From Ignavibacteriota bacterium (GTDB lineage: Bacteria > Bacteroidota > Ignavibacteria > UBA10030 > UBA6906), in NCBI GenBank assembly GCA_963849385.1, contig CAWKHH010000003.1, forward strand, positions 419,974-483,973: 64,000 bases of DNA. Direction: 5' to 3'. The stretch's first letter is position 1. Each line of letters begins with the position of its first letter. Below the pieces are notes generated by a model, which was not told where the DNA came from, searched no databases, and saw only the letters and a program-made list of their open reading frames with translations. Below, in pieces: positions 58,151-64,000 of the stretch. The translations under genes and the position numbers were made by a program.

Positions 58151-61147
58151 GACACCCGGCAGGGATAATCCCGTCGAAAATGTCCATGCCTCCGAGTATG
58201 CACTCACACCTATCGCCGCATTGTAGGCCCTCACGTGCCACCAATACGATGTCAGGAACGACAGGGAATGCAAGACCGCAAACGTATCTACCGTTTGATA
58301 ATCCTGCAGAACAGGTCCCGAAGTGAATGTGGAATCTCCGCCCACCTGTAGATGGAATGATGTAGCCCCTGCAGGCCGAGTCCATCTCACAGTTACCGGA
58401 GTATCCAGGCCGGCAACCATTGTAGCCGGAGCAATCGGTCTCGGGACGTCACCATCGTTGCTGAGTTCATTCCGGACAATGAACAGTCTATGACCATCGT
58501 CACAGAAGAAAGCGAGGTTCGCCCTGACAGCCACCGACCTGCAGAGTTTCGCAGTTCGGAAGGACCCGACGATTGTCGGCTGATGCGGATTCTCCACATT
58601 CACAATCGTCAGACCCGTGTCATTCGCCAGATACGCAAAGTGACCCCCGAAGGTCGCGTCCCACGTGTCGTACATAACGAGCGAAGCAATCTTCTGTGGC
58701 TGTGATGGAATCTGGATATCAACTATGTCAACTCTTCTGTTGTCCGCAACGCATAACAGATTGCCCGTGACATCAACCACATTAGGATAGAGGTCCGTTT
58801 CATAGTGTCCGATTTCGACTGGTTGTGCCGGGTTTGCAGCGTTGATAAGACGTACTCCGCCCGAATAATCGGCAACGACAACAATACTGTCTCGCAGGGC
58901 GAGATCGAGAGCAGACCCAGGAGTATCGAAATACCCGATCTCTCTCGGTTGAGAGGGGTTTGAAAGATCGAGAACCCGAAGGCCCGCCTCGGCAGCGGCA
59001 ACATAGGCGAGCTGACCCCGAATCTTTATCTTCTTGCACACCCCAGTCAACTGGTAGAAGGCCAGATCGTCCGGTCGCGAAGGGTCTTGCACCCCGACAA
59101 TCCATAGTCCGTTGCTTCCGTTCGCTATGCACACGTAGCCATCGCCGGCGCACACCGCCCAGGCCAACAGCCCACCCCAAATAAAGGACCCTGTTTCGTA
59201 GGGAGCAGATGGATCGATGATATTGAAAATACGAAGTCCTGAATCGAAATCGGCAACATACGCATAGTTGCCCCGGACATCCACACCAGATGGAACTTGG
59301 GGGAGAGTGCTCATGCTTACGAGTACAGTGTTGTTTTGCCGCAGCGGGATGATCTCAAAGGGGACACGACTCGTATCAGACACACTTGGGTCGTTTGCCG
59401 CCGTCACCCGAACCATGCATGTACGTGAAGGTGTGTTCGGAACAGTCCAACCAAACTGCCTTGGCGTCCCGACTACAAGTGACTGTATCACCGACCATGT
59501 CCCTCCGGCATCGGTCGTGTAGTCCAGACGGACACTATCGACGCCCAGGGAATTCCAGGTGATTTGAAATGTCGTTCCCGGAAGCACACTCTCTCCGCCG
59601 ACAGGCGCAGTCAGTGCCACCGATCGAGGAGCACCTCCCAGCGTCACCTTGAAAGAAATCGTGGCCCCAGGAGTTCCAATGAGCGAAATGTCTAAGCCTC
59701 CCGGGCTGCCATCGGAGAGAAAGCTGGAAGGATTTGTTCCGTCGTTGATCGAAGTCCTGCCTGCGGGACTGCTAAAATACGCGATGTTCAAGGAGCCGTT
59801 GACAGTCGTCGTCCCGTCGGGCCGGTAGAGGTACAATTCGTCCGGCGGTCCACTGGCATTTCCAAACCCGTCCCTAGTGCGGTCGATCCTATACACCAGA
59901 AGGCCGGACCCTGGCAACAGTGACTCAAATGGTCCACTTTGTTGTCGATATTCCACAACAAAGTATTCGTTTGAAGAACGTGGCGATGCTATGGAGTAGC
60001 AGTTGTTCGTCGCTGAAGTCAGTGGCGACAATGAATAGATCCCCGTCGCGGTGATTTCCGGAATGGACGAGATCCACTGCAGATATCTCCACTTCATGTA
60101 TGCGCAGGTGTGGCCCTGACCACCTTCCATGATATCCCAACCACCAACGGGTTGTGGAGTGATGAAGGAATAGTGATAGAGATCCGGCGCTCCCAAGATG
60201 TGGAGAAGTTCATGAGAGAGCATCTGGATGAGGGGCAGGTCCGAAATCTGAAGTGTATAGTTCCCGACAGTCTTTCCATTGAGAAGCACCGTGGGCGCGT
60301 ACAATCCGCCGGCATGGGGCCAGAGCAACGTCCCCCAATCGCTGCTTTTGCCGTACACGATGAAGCATATATTGTCAACGTTACCGTCATTGTCACCGTC
60401 AAGGGCGAGATCCGAAGGTACCTGTGCCTTGATTGCATTGATCGCGCGCCTCAGCAGTGAGTCCTCTCTCCACCCGTCGTATTGACCGCGATAGCCAAGA
60501 GGATTTGTAACGCTATTGTAGGGCAGGAAATATCCCCGGGGATAAGTGTCCTTGTACGACACGGTGGCCGATCCAGAAGGCAGAGGGTAGAGGAAGGACG
60601 ACACGATCAATTGCTGGTAGGAAACCTCACGAAAGTAGTTGTATTCCGACAAGCTGCTCGGGTCCCGTGCATTGAACAGGGAGTCATAGTATTGAATCCC
60701 CTCCGCGAATGCAGGATCGTCGCTGAAGCGAATGAAGATCACCAACTGGTTGATCTGTCCTTTTCGCGGCGCAAGGTGGCTGTCTCCACTGCCCACGCGA
60801 AGAATTGCCGTTCTTTCTTCGGCAATCCTCTGGGGTGACAGATTTACTCCTTTCGTCAGATCAGTGCTCGCAGGATCGACTCTTCCAACAACGTATTGGG
60901 ACGGGATCAGAACTCCCTTTTGCAGAACCGCGTAGACGTAGTATCCGGTCTGAGGGTCCTGCACGATGGTGAAATTCTCTTTGTCATGAAGCCAGTTGTG
61001 GAACTCATCGCCTGTCGCAAGGCAGTGTATGATTGTGCCGTCGGGTTGTTGGACAGTCACTGGAACCCTGCTTAAGTAGGCAGCATGGCTTGCATATGCG
61101 CACAACATCAGCAGGCAGGAGAAGATTGCGCAGCGTAAGTGTGTCAT
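57581..61147 (-). CDS. T9SS-secreted multidomain protein: N-terminal HExxH zinc-metallopeptidase-like domain (M6-like), LVIVD-repeat beta-propeller, two FN3-like domains, Por/T9SS C-terminal sorting domain
   Basis: Signal peptide MTHLRCAIFSCLLMLCAYASHA (start 61147). HExxH motif in SHELLHILGAPDLYHY. At least six LVIVD-type repeats (AYVADFDSGLRIFNI..., AYVAAAEAGLRVLDL..., VVVADYSGGVRLINA...). YWWHVRAYN / YYWRVRAHNLTGWGPYS FN3-like motifs. CTD NYPNPFNPSTTITFGLPQ...VYFYRIEAGSFVQTRKLLVLR. Confidence 0.8.
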   Translation of the reverse strand: MTHLRCAIFSCLLMLCAYASHAAYLSRVPVTVQQPDGTIIHCLATGDEFHNWLHDKENFTIVQDPQTGYYVYAVLQKGVLIPSQYVVGRVDPASTDLTKGVNLSPQRIAEERTAILRVGSGDSHLAPRKGQINQLVIFIRFSDDPAFAEGIQYYDSLFNARDPSSLSEYNYFREVSYQQLIVSSFLYPLPSGSATVSYKDTYPRGYFLPYNSVTNPLGYRGQYDGWREDSLLRRAINAIKAQVPSDLALDGDNDGNVDNICFIVYGKSSDWGTLLWPHAGGLYAPTVLLNGKTVGNYTLQISDLPLIQMLSHELLHILGAPDLYHYSFITPQPVGGWDIMEGGQGHTCAYMKWRYLQWISSIPEITATGIYSLSPLTSATNNCYSIASPRSSNEYFVVEYRQQSGPFESLLPGSGLLVYRIDRTRDGFGNASGPPDELYLYRPDGTTTVNGSLNIAYFSSPAGRTSINDGTNPSSFLSDGSPGGLDISLIGTPGATISFKVTLGGAPRSVALTAPVGGESVLPGTTFQITWNSLGVDSVRLDYTTDAGGTWSVIQSLVVGTPRQFGWTVPNTPSRTCMVRVTAANDPSVSDTSRVPFEIIPLRQNNTVLVSMSTLPQVPSGVDVRGNYAYVADFDSGLRIFNIIDPSAPYETGSFIWGGLLAWAVCAGDGYVCIANGSNGLWIVGVQDPSRPDDLAFYQLTGVCKKIKIRGQLAYVAAAEAGLRVLDLSNPSQPREIGYFDTPGSALDLALRDSIVVVADYSGGVRLINAANPAQPVEIGHYETDLYPNVVDVTGNLLCVADNRRVDIVDIQIPSQPQKIASLVMYDTWDATFGGHFAYLANDTGLTIVNVENPHQPTIVGSFRTAKLCRSVAVRANLAFFCDDGHRLFIVRNELSNDGDVPRPIAPATMVAGLDTPVTVRWTRPAGATSFHLQVGGDSTFTSGPVLQDYQTVDTFAVLHSLSFLTSYWWHVRAYNAAIGVSAYSEAWTFSTGLSLPGVVSLVEPSQNAVVNADTLRLRWRSTGPFVDRYWMEYSIDSAFTMIGIDSLLTDTTAVIRSMIKNMEYYWRVRAHNLTGWGPYSSRGHFLRSTTAVKDLPQGVPSTWVLLQNYPNPFNPSTTITFGLPQRGQVRLTVYNTLGEEVASLVEGEMEAGYHTVRFDASGLSSGVYFYRIEAGSFVQTRKLLVLR

Positions 61148-61265
61148 CGAATGACCTCGTCCGGTATCGACACGATGGTCCAGTATCAGAGAATGGCCAA
61201 CAAGATAATGCTTCGTGCCTTTATTGAACACCCCCGATCATATTTTGCAATACTTTCGTCAATAG

Positions 61266-61860
61266 GGCCATTTGTCCCCTGGTGGCACTATCGGAGAACG
61301 AGCAGCTTGCGCGTCTGAACGAACGCTCCCGCTCGTATCCTGTAGATATACACGCCGCTGGCTAAACCTGATGCATCAAATCGGATTGAGTGATAGCCCG
61401 CCTCCATCTCGCAATCGATGATCTCTGCCACTGTTTCGCCCAACGTGTTATACACCGTCACCAGCACTTGAACCCGTTGTGGAAGGCCATATGTAATTGT
61501 CGTACTCGGATTAAACGGATTGGGGAAGTTCTGCATCAGCACCAAATCACTCGGGATTCCCTGAGGCATAGCATTGACTGCCGTGAGTGAACGCAAGAAA
61601 CGTCCTGTACTGCTGTATGGCCCCCACCCCGAGAGATTATGTGCCCTTACACGCCAGTAGTACTCCATGCTCTTGATCAGGTTCCGGATCACGGCAGTTG
61701 TGTCCGTTAGTAACGAGTCTATCGCTTTGAGGATGAAAACTGAATCGACGCTGTATTCCAGCCAGTATCTGTCCGTCATCGGCCCGGTCCATTGCCATCG
61801 CAGAAGAACAGTGTCGGCGTTGATAGCACTCCCCTGCAACGGTGCAAGGAGCGTCGGCGT
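61266..61860 (-). repeat. Dispersed repeat B: FN3-like domain + T9SS CTD + 22-nt 3' flank. Paralogous to 57559-58150.
   Basis: Same as repeat A. Protein level: ...DRYWLEYSVDS...YYWRVRAHNLSGWGPYS...NFPNPFNPSTTITYGLPQ...FVQTRKLLVLR. Confidence 0.55.
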
Positions 61861-63790
61861 GGAGGGGAATGGGATGATCTGTTGGATGATCTCGGACATG
61901 GGGCTCTTCCAGATCACCTTTCCATCAGAGGTCAGCACGAAGCAGTTCTGCGTCGTGGCCGTGATTTCGCTGATCGGCGTGGCTGCAAGACTCCCTGTCA
62001 CATCCGTCCAGTCAAATGCATCTCGGTGGGCAGCATATACCCTGCCATCGGCTGCCGCCACGAGATACCCGTCCGCCGCTGCCAGCGAAGTGACCGACCT
62101 GCCTGTGAGACCGCCGGATACCCAGGAATCGCCCCGATCCGTTGTGACCAGTATTCCTCCCCCTCCCCCGGCGCTCGTATCGCGGGACACACACGCGAGC
62201 AGCCGACCCCCGTCATCGAGGAACGAAACCACCTTTTTCCCGGATAACTTCTGCGTGATATTCACCCACGTCGTACCGAAGTCCACCGTCCTCAACACAA
62301 TTGAGCCGTCGCTAGCAAAAAGTAGAGAGTCAACAGATCCCAAGGCCCGGATATTCATGGAGCTCATCGAATTCCAGGTTCTTCCTGTATCCAGAGTGAA
62401 TTCAAAGGAGTCGACCAGTAAAGTCATACGTGAAGATTTCGAGTGCATCGTTGCGCACCGACTTACGGACTTCCATGCACTTAAAAAGATGACCATACCA
62501 GCTCAGCACCTTCCAGGTGACCCCTCTGTCGGTTGAGAGATGTACGCCGGAGTTTGGCCATGGTCTGCAGTACCACTGACGAGAGCAAAGATTCCTCCCC
62601 CAACATCCGTGATGGAGAGGACTCTCCCCCAGAGCAGGTTCGGAGATGTGCTCCAGAAAGCGCCGTTGTCTTGTGTGGAATAGAGCAAGCAATTGCCCAC
62701 AGGGATCCCACTGCGCCCCGCAACGAGGATGTCCTCGGCGGATCCCTCCCCCGGGTGCAATGCGTGCATTTTCGTGAGCGTTGAAGTGGTCCCTCCGCTC
62801 ACGAGCGACCATGAGGCGCCATAGTCCCTCGATCGGTAGATGCCGTGTTGTGTTCCGGCAATAACACAGCTGTCCTTGGTCACCATGGAGTTTATTTGCG
62901 ACGATGCGATCCCATTGCTGACTTGAACCCATGCTCCGCCCCCCAAAGGACGGCGCCAGATCCCGGCGCTGATGGTCCCGCAGTAGACATATCCCCCGTC
63001 GGCCGAGCGCATTGCGGTCAAACAGAGAACCTCGGCAAAGGGCAGGCCGGCTCCGATCGAGGTCCATGTTGCGCCCCAATCCGTTGATTGATAGCATGCC
63101 CCGGCAGTCCCGCAGGCATAGAGAGTGCCTTCAAACACCTCCACAGCATTGATGTGCTGATTCCCACATGTCTTCATTTCGGGGGACCCATGTTTGGCCG
63201 TTGTCGGAGGAGAGAAAGACTCCACCCCCGTATGTCCCCGCGAAAACCGCCTGCGCGCTCGAGTCCGGCACGTACGGCCCGGTCGTGAGCGATGAGACGT
63301 TCAGATTGCTAAGTCCGGAATCCGAAGGGAGCCATGAGTGTGTGGGCAGATCGTAGATGCGTATTCCCCCTCCAAATCCGCCGGCGAGTATTGTCACTTT
63401 GTTTTTGCTGCGGCTGTACGCGAAAGCGACGATGTCGTCGCTTCCTGTGGTATCCCAGGATGACCAATCCTGGCCGTATTGCGAATGAACAATCTTCCCT
63501 TTGCTTGCGCCGACAAGATATCCCCCCGGGCTCGGTAATGACGCCACTTTGCAGTAGGTCAGTGCGACAAGGTATCTCGTAGGGTTATCTGGGTATTGAT
63601 TTAGCCATGTATCGCCCATGTCCGTGGAGATGAAAACCCGCGCACCGGATCCAACGGCGAAGAGGGTATCCTGTGAGAACGTCAGCGATTGGAAATCCTC
63701 TCCCGGATTGGCAATCTTCGACCATTGTCCCAAACCTGAGTCAAACATGACGCACCCCAGTCCAAGCAAGGCAACGATGAATGTTTTCAT
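61288..63790 (-). CDS. T9SS-secreted BNR/Asp-box repeat (sortilin/Ycf48-like) protein with FN3-like domain and T9SS C-terminal sorting domain, fragmented by at least 3 frameshifts
   Basis: Signal peptide MKTFIVALLGLGCVMF (start 63790). SxDxGxTW Asp-box motifs in all fragments (SSDNGQTW, STDWGATW, SRDYGASW, STDRGVTW, TLDTGRTW, TVDFGTTW, TTDRGDSW). C-terminal 190 aa are paralogous to those of the neighbouring gene. Confidence 0.65.
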
Positions 63791-64000
63791 TGTCGGCCCG
63801 ATGAGTTTGCGCAGATCTGCAGCAGATGGTCGGCGACATTGGGAAGCCCGGGGGATCCGTCGGAGAGATGCGAGCAACAGAACGAAGGCAGGAAGCGGAC
63901 TGAGGCTCTCAGGTCTTATACGGCAACCGCCCCGTCCACCGCATGGAGACCTATGTCCTATAGGTGCATGGTAAGAAACGGTATGACAATTGTCAATGCG

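Noticed and set aside
1-64000. CRISPR arrays, tRNA or rRNA genes, IS elements or transposases, integrases, and classical defence systems (RM, TA, Abi, CBASS and others)
   Set aside because: No regularly spaced direct repeats, no tRNA-like cloverleaf signatures (GTTCGAATCC-type T-arms) in intergenic DNA, and no transposase or integrase-like ORFs. The only dispersed repeats are the DUF932 paralogues and the T9SS C-terminal module.

Overview
GC-rich bacterial chromosomal segment, 64 kb, almost certainly from the FCB group (Bacteroidota/Ignavibacteriota/Chlorobiota-like). The evidence is two type IX secretion (T9SS) C-terminal sorting domains, a CarbopepD_reg+plug TonB-dependent receptor, a LytS/LytTR pair, and the conserved cmk-rpsA and ispH-cmk synteny.

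From left to right the window contains:
- a housekeeping block: DUF512, mtaB-like, rpsA, ispH, cmk, trmH-like, mtgA, ruvX, relA/spoT, upp, der, tsaC;
- a sugar block: an operon with a large GHMP-kinase + UDP-sugar-pyrophosphorylase fusion protein, then L-rhamnose transporter RhaT and a GH78 alpha-L-rhamnosidase with two MDR dehydrogenases;
- two paralogous, orphan DUF932 (phage/plasmid-like) genes that share a conserved leader and N-terminal extension;
- a heavily disrupted accessory locus: ABC sugar transporter, two Gfo/Idh/MocA oxidoreductases, a ~950-aa FG-GAP beta-propeller protein, a CN-hydrolase and a GH172/DUF2961 protein;
- KirBac channel, HtpX and LemA;
- a DASS transporter, a 4Fe-4S membrane protein, a TonB receptor and a TPR lipoprotein;
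- a LytS/LytTR two-component pair next to two T9SS cargo genes (an HExxH metalloprotease with LVIVD repeats, and a BNR/Asp-box protein) that share a duplicated C-terminal module.

No rRNA, tRNA or CRISPR array was found.

The most striking global feature is the number of single-base frameshifts: at least 25, hitting essential genes (ispH, trmH, mtaB) as well as accessory loci. This points to indel errors in the assembly or real pseudogenisation, and it limits confidence in exact boundaries for many genes. No classical defence system was recognised.
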